Shown here in pieces: positions 12,805 to 23,293 of a DNA stretch of 64,000 nt. Both the position numbers and the translations under genes were made by a program. The notes below the pieces were generated by a model, which saw nothing but the letters and a program-made list of their open reading frames with translations, did not search any database and was not told the DNA's origin. Position 1 is the stretch's first letter; each line of letters begins with the position of its first letter. The DNA is from Perkinsela sp. CCAP 1560/9 (Eukaryota; Protista; Euglenozoa: Kinetoplastea). Where the stretch lies: assembly GCA_965644495.1 (NCBI GenBank), contig CBFFSA010000010.1:620001-684000 (forward strand). Direction: 5' to 3'.

Positions 12805-15339
12805 TCATCTTTTCTCTCTCCCCTCGGTTTCCTCTTGCAGAAACCGATCCAAGATATTCTTCTGATGGTAGGACTCGTTGGAGAAGCTGGCGCTGATCTG
12901 CAGGAACGTGGCGCGGGCGCTGTCCGGGATCCGCAGCCCCGCCTCCCGGAACACGCTCTCGAGCTCCCGCAGCGCCTTCATCCAGTCCCGGTGGACGTGA
13001 CGCGCGAAGGTGGCGCAGAGGTTATGCAGAAACCGCTCGGGGGAGAGAGCAGAGGCCCTCGAAGGGGAAGAAGAGTCCCTTAAAGCGTTCTCCTCAGAGC
13101 CCGGGAAGAGCAAAACATCGGGGAGACCACAGCGCTCGAGTAAGGCACTCGTGGTCACGTCTTTTTTAGGATAGGATCCAGGAGATAGGGAAGGTGAAGA
13201 TAGGGAGGAAGAATCTTCTTCTTCCGCTGCTTCTCCTGGGAGGTATTGGTTTCCGATTGTTGTCCCGTCGATGGAATCTAAATTCTCTTCTTCGGGTAAG
13301 GTTGTTGAGGGCGTAACGTTTTGTTTGGAAGAAGAAATCGGAGGATTTTCGTTTTTGTTGGGACTGCTCTCCGTATCCGGCCCTTCCCTCTTTCCTTTTT
13401 CTGTGTTAATTTGTTCGTTTGCTTTTTTTGCCTCCTCGATGACCGCAGGGAGAGCGACACGGGCAATGTGATGGGCAATATCCAACGCCTGGGTGTGTTG
13501 CTTCATTAAAATGGTGGCCGCGAGACTGAGACCGAAACACATCCAATTGGAGGGAAAGATTTGTTGAGGCGAGTTGCTATTCATTACGGCTTCCTCCTCT
13601 GTTGCTGAGCACCCCCGGATTTCGGGTTGAACTTGATTGGAAGCACACAGTAAGGGTCGGATATACTCAAAATAGATATCGTAGGCGGCGTGAAGATTAC
13701 TACACATTAAATGTGCATGCAACATGGAGCACACAAGGGCAAGACTACGACGGAGAGGAGGGGGGGCGTTTCCTTTGCTTTTATCCTGCTTTTCAAGTTT
13801 TCCTCCTCTTCCTGCGTTTTCTTCCTCACTTATTGCCTCTTTTTCTCCGCCTGCCTCTTCACGCTGTAAAATTTCCGTGAAATCGATCAATGCGGTGGCC
13901 TGATGCTCCCGGGCCATGGACTGGATTACGCCTTGAATCGCTTGGCGCGAGTTACGAAATTCCGCTCGGGTCTCGACGAGATAGAGTCCCGTCGGCCAGT
14001 CCCCTTGCTCCCTCAGGGCCTGGATGATTTGATGCGGACCAGAGGGGTCCAGCGGGATGTGTTCCCGATCCATTTGTTGGAGTTCCGAAACTGCAGGGTG
14101 GATACGTTGGGCTTCACGACGCTCCGCATCGTAACGCTGCTCCACGGTTTGCGAGGCGTTTTCTTGAGCTCGAGCGAGTTCAGTTTCAAATTCTGATTCT
14201 ACATCAGACGCTGTAAATTCATTCGTATTCTCCTCTTTTTTCGGAAGAGAAGAAAAAGTGGTGTCTGTTCTTGAATTCATATTTTCCGTACTTTGAGATG
14301 CGCTACTTTCTGTTGTTTTGTTTCGCGATAGCACCGCATTGACTTTTTCTCGCATCTCTCGGTGTTTCTCCATTCGTCGTACGTTCAGTCGGGTAGGACT
14401 CCGTTCCGGAGCTAATCCTTTTTGGGTAAACTTCGCCACACATAAGGAAGTGCGAATGGAGCTTCGAGTGGCATCAGAGAAGAATGCTTCGGGAAACTGT
14501 ATAGCCTCTGGCTCACTTCTGGATAAAGAAGCCGTGCCGTTGACAAAAGAAAGATCCTTCCCGAGATTCTCTACAAAAGAAAGCGCTCCTGCACGAGCGG
14601 CTAGCCGCAGTAACACTACAAAACATTCCAATGAAAGCGGAGTGTTGGGAAAAAAACAATTGGATGGAAGAGTGGAAGGAATCGAAGAAGAGGACGGTGC
14701 ATTTGCCTCGCTTCTTCTCAAAGCTGTCCTTACTACCTCCACGGCCTCTCTCCATAAGTTAGGCGGGAGTTTATTCAAAATTCGTGGAATCGAGTCTGGC
14801 GGGGGGCTCTCGCCTGCTTCTCTTAACTCCCGCAGCGCACGGAGTATAGCATCCGGGTTCGTACTTCGCTCCGAGAGCGCGAGAAAGATTTGAGGTTTCG
14901 AGCGAAGCGACGGGGGGAGAACACGAAGCAGCCGGGAAAGATGTGTTGAATGGGAAACATTTCGAATCGCCGCCGCAACCACAGCGGACGTGAGCGTCGT
15001 TTCGGGGGAGGTAAACCTTGTTGAGCATTCACCATTCTCCCCTTTGGGTTGTCCTACATTCTCCTGGTCCATACTTTGCGTATTTTTTTCGCTTTTTTCT
15101 ACTCCGGGGCAAAGCGTATCGAGTACATTTACCAGTGCTGTCAGCTCTGTCGTTTTGTTGCTGCCGGCACACGCGACTAGGGCGTCACGTACCCACGAGG
15201 GCTTCGGTACCCCTCCTAGATTTTGAGTCATTTGGATCCAACGAAGTGCGTCATACCAACGGGATCCGGAGGGTGGAACGATGGAACGAACAACCCGGTG
15301 AATGGTAGAGGTGGAAGAAGACGAGACAGCACGCGACAT
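12805..15339 (-). CDS. 844-aa protein, probable PPR-like helical-repeat protein with a possible mitochondrial presequence
   Basis: Long ORF with recurrent WxxAL-type helices (WYDALRW, WREAVEV, WPTGLYL, WMKALRE) and a Ser/Arg-rich, acid-free N-terminus. The family assignment is inference. Confidence 0.7.
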   Translation of the reverse strand: MSRAVSSSSTSTIHRVVRSIVPPSGSRWYDALRWIQMTQNLGGVPKPSWVRDALVACAGSNKTTELTALVNVLDTLCPGVEKSEKNTQSMDQENVGQPKGENGECSTRFTSPETTLTSAVVAAAIRNVSHSTHLSRLLRVLPPSLRSKPQIFLALSERSTNPDAILRALRELREAGESPPPDSIPRILNKLPPNLWREAVEVVRTALRRSEANAPSSSSIPSTLPSNCFFPNTPLSLECFVVLLRLAARAGALSFVENLGKDLSFVNGTASLSRSEPEAIQFPEAFFSDATRSSIRTSLCVAKFTQKGLAPERSPTRLNVRRMEKHREMREKVNAVLSRNKTTESSASQSTENMNSRTDTTFSSLPKKEENTNEFTASDVESEFETELARAQENASQTVEQRYDAERREAQRIHPAVSELQQMDREHIPLDPSGPHQIIQALREQGDWPTGLYLVETRAEFRNSRQAIQGVIQSMAREHQATALIDFTEILQREEAGGEKEAISEEENAGRGGKLEKQDKSKGNAPPPLRRSLALVCSMLHAHLMCSNLHAAYDIYFEYIRPLLCASNQVQPEIRGCSATEEEAVMNSNSPQQIFPSNWMCFGLSLAATILMKQHTQALDIAHHIARVALPAVIEEAKKANEQINTEKGKREGPDTESSPNKNENPPISSSKQNVTPSTTLPEEENLDSIDGTTIGNQYLPGEAAEEEDSSSLSSPSLSPGSYPKKDVTTSALLERCGLPDVLLFPGSEENALRDSSSPSRASALSPERFLHNLCATFARHVHRDWMKALRELESVFREAGLRIPDSARATFLQISASFSNESYHQKNILDRFLQEETEGREKR

Positions 15340-15591
15340 AGGGCGTCAATTAAAAGCGGTCGAAGGAGTTAATATTTTCTCAAAAAGAAAACCCCTAGAA
15401 AAGGATTTAAAAGAGTATACATGGTAATGCAATATTTTCCGATTACAGTGGCTATAACTTCCGCTCTGCCCTCGTTCATTGAAAAAAGAGTTAATCCTCC
15501 CTATGACCCATTCTCGACCAAAAACATGAAGAAGTTATTTTTGAAGCCAAGGGGGTCCATTTTCCCTTCCACCAAAAATGATCCCTTTGGA

Positions 15592-15760
15592 GTTCATAAA
15601 GACGAGTGGGTGACGGAAGATGGTGTTCATACGAACACTGTTGAGGGTACGAACTTCATGGTTAAGAAAAGGCTCGTATGCGAAGGGGGGAGTTTGGGAA
15701 GAATTGAAGAAAATCGAAAGGAACGCCTCCGTGCTGTAACAGAGAAGTGCAACGGAAGCA
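15592..15760 (+). pseudogene. Merlin/IS1595 (ISXO2-like) transposase C-terminal remnant
   Basis: VHKDEWVTEDGVHTNTVEG...VKKRL matches the ISXO2/Merlin H...V..dGVHTNxIEG motif. Confidence 0.6.
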
Positions 15761-15890
15761 TACGAAAGCGTAAAAGTATTCCTTTAGTGAGAGTGTTTTC
15801 GGATTTAAATCTTTTTTGCTAAGAAATTGTTCTTACGGCCTAATTTGGAGTGTATTTTCTGAAGATTTTTGAACTTTCGCGGCAGGCAAA

Positions 15891-15958
15891 GTGGTTGATG
15901 TTGAAACCCTGATCAGTAGACCGGTCAGGGATTAGCAATTCTCATGCAAAAATATGGT
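15891..15958 (+). repeat. 68-bp dispersed repeat with hairpin; second copy at 20432-20499
   Basis: GTGGTTGATGT.GA.ACCCTGATCAGTAGACCGGTCAGGGATTAGCAATTCTCATGCAAAAATATGGT at both sites. Confidence 0.85.
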
Positions 15959-16747
15959 CTTTTCAAAAAAGCGATACATTTTTGGTGATTCATGACGAAG
16001 AAGCACCGCCTCTTGTGTTTACCTTCCTCTCTCGTGCGCCCCGAGATGCGCACGGCACTTATACGAGCGACTTAAGTCCTATAAGGCAGTCGCAAAACTT
16101 CATAAACTTAACCCCGGGTCCATCATTGAAATTTTTCGCTTTTTTTTAATTCAACCGGAAACGTTTAAGAATATCTTCCGGGACAATCGTAAGCGCTTAC
16201 TCTTGGTCAAGGAGGCCAAAGGGCATATGACTAAATCCTAGAGATTACTTTGCACTCCTTTTCCGCGTCTTCTGAGAGGGCTGAAACTAGAGATTTACGA
16301 TCCCGGCCGATCCCGGCCGATCCCACCGGTCCTGGTTGAATTTACGTGGAAGAAAAGACTTGGTGAAAACGCGAGTTCTAGAAATTCGGCGAAAGAAATA
16401 GCGACCACTTTTTTACGGAAACTCATTCAATTTCTTTTTTCAATTGTTAGAAATTAAAAGCAATGTTCATAGGAGAAACAATGTTCATAGGTAGGAGAAA
16501 CTAAACACACATTTAGTATTAAATAGAAAGCCCCTATAATTATAGGGGGTATTTTTGTATTATTTCCTCTATATTTTTGTTTCTCCTCTTTCGCTCTTTT
16601 GGACTTGAGTGCAAATCTCTGCTGCGTGTATCCTTTGTCGTCTGATTCTTTTGCTTTAGCTGAGCGTTCTTTGATTTAAAGTACGTCCTCTGTGACTTTG
16701 ACCCCTGCTCAGATCATTTTCCTATCCGACTAACGCCTTTTGAGGGG

Positions 16748-17283
16748 TTGAAGAAGTTCATCCAATTGGTAAAACCTCTGACGCACGCGAAGCAGGTTGT
16801 CACGAGAACACTGCGAAGTGTTGGATTCAGCGATACGAGGAGACAGGAGACGTGGATAATAATAATAACCCGAGCTACAACCATCATTGATGAAGGTACG
16901 CGAGATTTGCCTTATGGAATTCCGTCATGGTCGAACCTCGTGTCAGTCCGAAGGGTTTTATTGTACCCGGCGCTCTATCACGCGCACTTTAAAGCGTGAA
17001 AGCTTCATTTTGCGCACTGTCCCCCGTCATCCAGCTCTCGCGACTGCCCACAAGAAGAAACGAATTGGGCTGTGCCGCGAGCTGTCGGAGTGGGCCCCTC
17101 ATGATTTTGACCCCTCACCATTTTGAAGAAAATAGTGTCACAATGTTAGCTTGGCCCCCTAAGTCTCCTGATCTCAACCCCATCGAAAATATTTGGGGAC
17201 AAATTGAATCACACAAAAACACTAAATGTCCCAAAATAGGGGGGAATTGCGTGATGCAATACATTCAGGGATTGAATTGTTGA
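16748..17283 (+). pseudogene. Degenerate Tc1/IS630-family transposase
   Basis: WPPKSPDLNPIENIW; RDLPYGIPSWS is homologous to RDLPYGISTWS of the 51061 element; frameshifts and an internal deletion. Confidence 0.85.
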
Positions 17284-17429
17284 AAGTACTTTGTTGAAGG
17301 ACTTTCCCCACTCTAAAAGCCCATACTGTTCTGTTTAACAAGCAAAGTACTAAACTTAACAAGCAAAGTTGATACGAGCAAAGTTGTAGATACGATCATT
17401 GTCGTTTTAGTATCGTTCTCCAATTTTTT

Positions 17430-17528
17430 TAGGCTCTTCGTTAAACGCGGCAGTAGTTTTCAAGGCGAAGCGCGCAGCAGTGCTGTCATCTAAGTTGAAA
17501 ACAACCACTACGTTTAACGAAAAGCCTA
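17430..17528. repeat. 99-bp foldback, solo copy of the HINE-like terminal hairpin
   Basis: TAGGCTCTTCGTTAAACG...CGTTTAACGAAAAGCCTA in a T/A-run context. Confidence 0.85.
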
Positions 17529-17538
17529 AAAAAGAATA

Positions 17539-19875
17539 CACCCCAGTCAAATTTTATTGTCGCTAATATTCATGGTACAAAAATTATTGAATTTTTAATT
17601 AAAAATGGTCGTTTTTTGCCTGCGTTTTATTTATTATTTATTTTTTGTCAACCGCTCGAGATGGTCAACCAGGACATTGCTCAGCATTTTTTGGTAGCGA
17701 ATTCGATCCATCAGACGAAGAAAAGTCAGCCGTCCTCGAAAGATTTAGCGCCGGACGAGCGCGAATGGCTTTTTGACAACACTCGAGGTGCATGTAAAAA
17801 TGCACTAGTTATGGAGAGATTTTTGGATCAATTTGGACGAGTAATTTCGGCTGCTTGCGTTTCGCAATATAAGGGCATGCGCTCGCTAGAAAACATCGGT
17901 AGTCGCGGCCGGCGTGGCCTACTTACGGGAAAGGAATCTTCACTTGTCCTTCAAGCTTTCGATAAAATGAGGGAGCAAGCTGTCCCAGTGTACGCGGCTC
18001 TTGTAGCTAGTGTGGCCCGCGGTATCAAAGAGCAATCTTCCCCGAAATCCACATCCCTAAAGGGGGGTCCTCTGAAGTTTTCGCTATCATGGGCAAAGGA
18101 CTGGATGAAGCAAAATAACATTCGTGTCCGCCACGCTACTAGCGATCGAACTGTTACGCCGAATGAAGTTGTTGAGGCATCTAAAACATTCTTTTCACAG
18201 CTTGAAAGCTATAAAAATCGTTGTGAAAAAGAGCTTGTGTTTAACACAGACGAATTCTTTGTGTGTCTGGGATTAGGACAAGCAAATGCCACTTGGACCT
18301 GGGAACGCATTAATCCAGGCGAGTCCCGCAAAATTTCAGTTCGTCGTGAAAAGCAGGGTTTCACTCGCAACGTTCTTTCATCTGCAGCTGGAGAAATCAA
18401 AATGTTACAGTTCATATTCCAGGGAACGAGTCGCGTATTCGTCAATGTTGGTAGCGACCCATGTGTTCTACATGTGCCCGGAAAGGTTCTCATTTTCAAG
18501 ACGCCTCGACGTGGGCAACTTTTTTGAGTCGCTTTAAGGAGATACTTGCCTCCGAACGTGAAGCTATGAAGAAGCCCGCTGCCCCCGCCCTTTTGATTAT
18601 TGATGAAGCCACTCAGCATAGTGGTACTGATGAGATTCTCCTTGGTTCTTCTTGCGACGTAGTTCGTATTCCCAAGAAAATGACGCATGTCTTTCAACCT
18701 GCAGATCAGTTTGTAATCTCTGGCCTAAAACAACGCGCTATTCAGCTCTACAGCGATGATGTATCCCGCATCTTTGCGCGTTCCGACCTCAATTCAGCCA
18801 TCTCCAACGTTATTTGCACATCGCGAACACTTTGCCGAGAGAAAAAAGTGTCGTACATTGTGCAGGCTATGCAAGAACTTCCCCAAGCTCAGATTAACCG
18901 AAATTCCAGTGGTGTTATTTGGCAGCAAAAAAAACCGACCGTCACGTCTCGATGTCTACAAGCATTTGCAAACTCATTTACATACGTCTAGTGGTGCGAT
19001 TTTCTTGGATGATGAAGGTTCCGACGAAATTAACACCTCATCCATTGGGAACGCAGAAGGGGACATCAATATAATAGAAGAGAACGAAAATTCGACAGCA
19101 AGCGCCACAATCGAAAGAAGCGCACCTGGAGAAAAGCGAAAACGCGGCCGACCTCGTAAGGTACTCTCAACTGAAGAACTGGAACTCCAGAGACGAGAGG
19201 CTGAAGATATCACGAATCTACGCCAGCGACTTCGTGGAATGACGCGAAGACAAAAGGAGCTCTATAAATCCGCTCAGAGTCTGACGTTTACTCCTCTCTC
19301 ATCGTACGGAATCGGTCCTAAAGTTTAGTTGCTGTGACTCCCCCTTTGATGAGCACCTCCAAAATATTTTTGATTGTATTGAATTTTCTGATGGTATTGA
19401 ATTGTGAAAGTGCGCAATAGCATTTACTCAGATTTTATGCTGATATTTTGTGGGGTTTTTTCCATGTTTTGTTCTATCGGTCTACACTTTTTCCCCGCAC
19501 TAGATATTAAAATGAAATATTTTAACGCGCGCTCTTTTTTGCTATTCACCTTTGTACGCAACATTAGCTGCATTGTTTTAATACATGCATTGCTTTTATC
19601 TACCAATAAGAGTACAATGATAAATTCTCTGTTGGAATGCACCCTCGCACCATTTCACTCCACCTGACGAAGGCCATGAGACGAGCAACCCGCCAACCCA
19701 CGGTAGTCAATAAGAACGTGAAAACACTACGACGGGCGCTTAATTTCCCACAGCCCAAGATTTGCGCATGTACACATTTCTACAAAAATTATTGGCACAA
19801 AAATTATTAAATTTTAAATTAAAAGTTGTCCGGTTTCGACACCAATTAAAAATTCAATAATTTTTGGCGGCAGTG
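17539..19875 (+). mobile_element. pogo/Tigger-like DNA transposon, about 2.3 kb, TA-flanked, degenerate TIRs
   Basis: TA-CACCCCAGTCAAATTTTATTG ... CAATAATTTTTGGCGGCAGTG-TA, with subterminal AAAAATTATT repeats and an enclosed transposase. Confidence 0.75.
17661..19328 (+). pseudogene. pogo-family (CENP-B HTH + DDE_1) transposase with two frameshifts and a C-terminal AT-hook
   Basis: FSLSWAKDWMKQNNI; VFNTDE; LLIIDEATQH; IPKKMTHVFQPADQFVI (33 residues between the last two Asp); KRKRGRPRK. Confidence 0.9.
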
Positions 19876-19977
19876 TAAAAAGTGGTAGAAAAAAGGTCAA
19901 AGTAGTAAAAAATACAGTATCTTAAGAAGCTACTCAAGCGCCGATCCCGACCGATCCCGACCGATCCCCCTGGTAAG

Positions 19978-20499
19978 TGACAGGGTCTTCCAGGTTTCAG
20001 CCCTCTGACTTACTTTACTACTGTTCATCCCAAACATTCGAAAAAGTACACCCGAAAAAGTTATAATTAGCTTTTTCGACCCCTACTTGGCTAGGGGGGT
20101 AGGGGGTCGCTCGAGTGAAAAGGACCTCGAATTTGAAACGATTGGGTCGAAAAACGGTGGTACAGGTGTGTGCAGGTGTGTGCAGGTACCAAATATGTAT
20201 ACCAAATATTTCCAAAATCGGACAAAATACAAGACCTGTAGGGGGGGTAAAAGACGCTGATCACCACTGTCGTCTAAATTTAGGAATTCGGTGGATTGAT
20301 AACAAAAAATATACACATCCGCCCAATTTCAGAAACTTGAATGAGTTCATTCAGCCTTTGAGATTGAAAAACGACAATATAATTTGTGATAATTTATGTA
20401 AAAAATACATAGAAACGTTTCGAGACAGGCAGTGGTTGATGTGGAGACCCTGATCAGTAGACCGGTCAGGGATTAGCAATTCTCATGCAAAAATATGGT
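19978..20499 (+). mobile_element. Possible second HINE/MITE-like non-autonomous element
   Basis: CAGGGTCTTCCA near the left end roughly pairs with TGGAGACCCTG plus a hairpin near the right end; related fragments at about 16276 (inverted) and 15891. Confidence 0.4.
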
Positions 20500-20657
20500 T
20501 TGGGCTCAAGAAAGCTCCTAAAGAACCCCATTTAAAAAGAAACAAATTTCATGTGTTACTGACATTTCGTCTTGTTCCTGCCTCTTGACAGGTTTACTTT
20601 TCCTTTCCAGAAATAGTGCACAGAAAACGTAAGAGCAACAGAGAACTATTCAGGCAC

Positions 20658-21254
20658 TTAGTCCGTAAAAAATGATTCAGGTATACCCCACCATACGCCT
20701 TTAGGAACAGCTCGTTTAGAAATCGATCCCTTGAGTTCGGGATTATTCCTCATGTCAAAGCCTGAACCGCCTTTTGCAAGCGACGAACGCTGAAGACACG
20801 AAAAGTCCACAAAGCCACTGAAGTGACAGTTTGATATATTTAGAATCCTTAACCCTGGTGGAAGATGTTCGAAATGGAGTTCCCCACTAAAGGCATTTGA
20901 ACTTATCCACAAGTGAGCCAAGCCTCGGGGTAATGAGGAAAAATCGACAGGGCCGCGAAGCTGGTTATTATAGACGCTTAAAGATGTGAGAGACCGCGGT
21001 AAATGTTCCCAATGTAATGTTCCAAGTAGCCCCCGAAAACCCCACGAAACTTCTATAACCTCTCCTTTATCATTGCAGTCCACTCCATCCCACTCGCAAG
21101 CAGGCGTGGTAGTACTCCATGACTCATGTGGATTTTCAACATCACTAATCAACTTTGCGAGTTCATATTCCACAGGAAGAAATGTTCCCCTTACCTTTCC
21201 AATGCGTGAACTTGAAGGGACGGGAACATCCGTCTCTTCAGCTTTAAGGAACAT
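20658..21254 (-). CDS. LRR-family protein (198 aa)
   Basis: SSRIGKVRG...LPVEYEL, CEWDGVDC and LRRs. Confidence 0.9.
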   Translation of the reverse strand: MFLKAEETDVPVPSSSRIGKVRGTFLPVEYELAKLISDVENPHESWSTTTPACEWDGVDCNDKGEVIEVSWGFRGLLGTLHWEHLPRSLTSLSVYNNQLRGPVDFSSLPRGLAHLWISSNAFSGELHFEHLPPGLRILNISNCHFSGFVDFSCLQRSSLAKGGSGFDMRNNPELKGSISKRAVPKGVWWGIPESFFTD

Positions 21255-21372
21255 AGTGAAATTTTATGGGAGAAAAATTCAGTGTGCCGATAAAAAAGTG
21301 GCTAGTAGTACACTGTAGTGTATACTACTATAGACGTGCCGTGTGCAATGGTAAGTAGTATTACCGACACTT

Positions 21373-21450
21373 GAGGGGCTGCGAGTATGATCTCGCGTGA
21401 TCTCGTATGATCTCGCGTGATCTCGTTTTGGGCCTCACCCGCAGCCCCTC
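21373..21450. mobile_element. 78-bp MITE, Sola2-like (GAG..CTC termini, 4-bp TSD ACTT)
   Basis: ACTT-GAGGGGCTGCG...CGCAGCCCCTC-ACTT with internal 10-bp-period GATCTCG repeats. The same terminus occurs singly at 661-675 (and its two amplicon copies), 38887 and 44352-44366. Confidence 0.75.
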
Positions 21451-21764
21451 ACTTATTGGCGTGAAGTAAACAATGACTCGGGTATACCCCACCATACGCT
21501 TACAGTTGTAGTTGAAAGTTGAAGAAATGTTCTATTTCTTCAGCACTCTACCGTCTGCTCTTTTTTGTTGCAAACGAGAGATCTCGTTCCCCTAGGGAAG
21601 CGCTTTTTTTCACAAGGACTCCCTGGTGCTCATACATAAATTATGATATATATTAATATGCATTTATATGTATGGTGACCCGAAAAATGGCCAAAACAAG
21701 ATTTTTATGATAAATATTTTTTTTTGATAAATTTGATTTTTGATAAATATCGAAGGAAGTCCAA

Positions 21765-21803
21765 AACCATTAAAGATAAAGATACAGTTTCTGTACCTTG
21801 TTG
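21765..21803 (+). other. 39-nt spliced-leader (mini-exon)-like sequence
   Basis: AACCATTAAAGATAAAGATACAGTTTCTGTACCTTGTTG: 39 nt, AAC start, euglenozoan CAGTTTCTGTAC core, TTG end. Confidence 0.8.
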
Positions 21804-22347
21804 GGACTTTTTCCTTTAGTTTATCTTTTCTTTCCCCGGCAACGGGCATAGTCTTACTGTTCATATGCCCGTTGCCGGCCGGCACTAAGGTCGAAACTGT
21901 CCCTCTTTCTCGGCGAAGTAGGGGACGGGCTTCCACCCCATCACCCCTCCCCGGCTCACTCTTTGAGCGAGTTTACTTCCCTCCCCGGATTTCTTCCTTT
22001 CGCGCCCTTTCCTTCCCGAGGAGACATGCGCCCTGGTGGCCTCCCTTGAAGACCACTGGGAGTGGCTCTGCCTCGTCTTATCGCGAGGCAGCGGTCGGTT
22101 GCAGTGCGCCCCTCCGGCTGCTTAAAGAGGTGGTGAGTTGCCTGGACCACCTCTACCAACTGGGACCGAGTCGGTTCCAGTACGCCCCTCCGGCTGCTTA
22201 AAGAGAGGGCGAGTTGCCTGGATCCCCTCTACCGACAGAGTCCGTGCCGAATGCCCCTTGGTGCGAATCCGTTGTGGACGAATCATGTGCCGATGATATC
22301 GGCCGTCGCATCCAGGGCTGTATCTCTGCGCCAATGAGCGCATGAAC
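21765..22347 (+). mobile_element. SL-headed short structured retroposon, copy A
   Basis: SL, pyrimidine tract, 15-bp hairpin CCGGCAACGGGCATA/TATGCCCGTTGCCGG; shares motifs and the ATGAAC end with 23294-23752. Confidence 0.7.
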
Positions 22348-22591
22348 ATCAAATTTTTGGACCCAAGGGGTATCAAGGGGTCCATACGAAAAAAGGGCAG
22401 CAAAACGCTTCACCAGTGAAACGAGATCTATCCAATGCTGTGAAAATGAGAAAAAATAGATAAAAAAATTCAAAATTCCTCCGGGGGGGATATATCTTGA
22501 AACGACTGTATACCTCGACAACATACCAGGGGGGTATGTTAACCGGGAATGTGGTTTAGAACAGTTATTCCAACCAGGATTCCGGAACAAA

Positions 22592-23056
22592 ACAGGGATT
22601 CATGGAGCAAACGAGGGATCCCGGAACAAACCAGCGGTGCGAGTGCAGTTGGCAGACGGTGGGCCTTACAACCTGCAGGTTGGTGATTCGATTCCCGCTA
22701 TCGACAAAACTCGCAACCTGGCGGCCTCACTACAAAGGGAAAGCGATCAGGAGTACCTTCAAGGCCCACACCCAACCCCGCTCCCCTGGAGGAGCGACCC
22801 GGAACCGCCGAGCTGAACCCAGCTCCAGCGCAGCCGCTAAATTGCGAGTTGCTTACGCAAATGAGGCTTGAGACACGATGCAACGGGGTGGACACCTGTC
22901 CTGGTAGCTACGGTTGGGTAGCCGTGTTCGGACCGCAAGGCGTCGAGTGCCGTCTGGGAAGGGGGTAGCAAAACAATGAAGGTCGGTGACCTGAGACTCT
23001 ACCTTAACGGTTGGCACTGCAGAGCCCTCCGTGTCTTCTTCTTCTTCTTATTCTTC
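22592..23056 (+). mobile_element. tRNA-derived SINE-like retroposon with (TTC)n tail and 12-bp TSD
   Basis: TTCCGGAACAAA at 22580-22591 and 23057-23068; 73-nt tRNA-like head at 22634-22706 (AGTGCAGTTGG A box, CTTACAA loop, TTCGATTCC B box); TTC tail from about 23033 to 23056. Confidence 0.7.
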
Positions 23057-23293
23057 TTCCGGAACAAACCACATCTTATCAAGAATCCACTTTTTAGACA
23101 CTGCGCCTCTCAATTCATATTTGTCCACTATATCAAGGTATGAATCACCAGCTGCTAGAGGCATATGCAAAAGACTTGAGGGGTCAACTAAGCCACTAAA
23201 CTTATTGTCTGATACATCCAGATAAGTCACTATGGGGGGAGCTTTTTCATATCGAATTCTCCGCTAAACAAATTTCTGTCCATTTCATTTCAG

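Larger units (their letters stand above)
1..15165. repeat. Tandem segmental amplification, unit 5451/5452 bp (partial unit 1-4262, full units 4263-9713 and 9714-15165)
   Basis: GCTTACGAAAGCAAGGG recurs at 1, 5452 and 10904 and the ORF sets repeat at the same offsets. Identity ends after TTGTTGCTGCC at 4262, 9713 and 15165. Confidence 0.97.

Noticed and set aside
22634-22706. Functional tRNA-Val gene
   Set aside because: The T and anticodon stems pair poorly and the sequence lies inside a TSD-flanked insertion.
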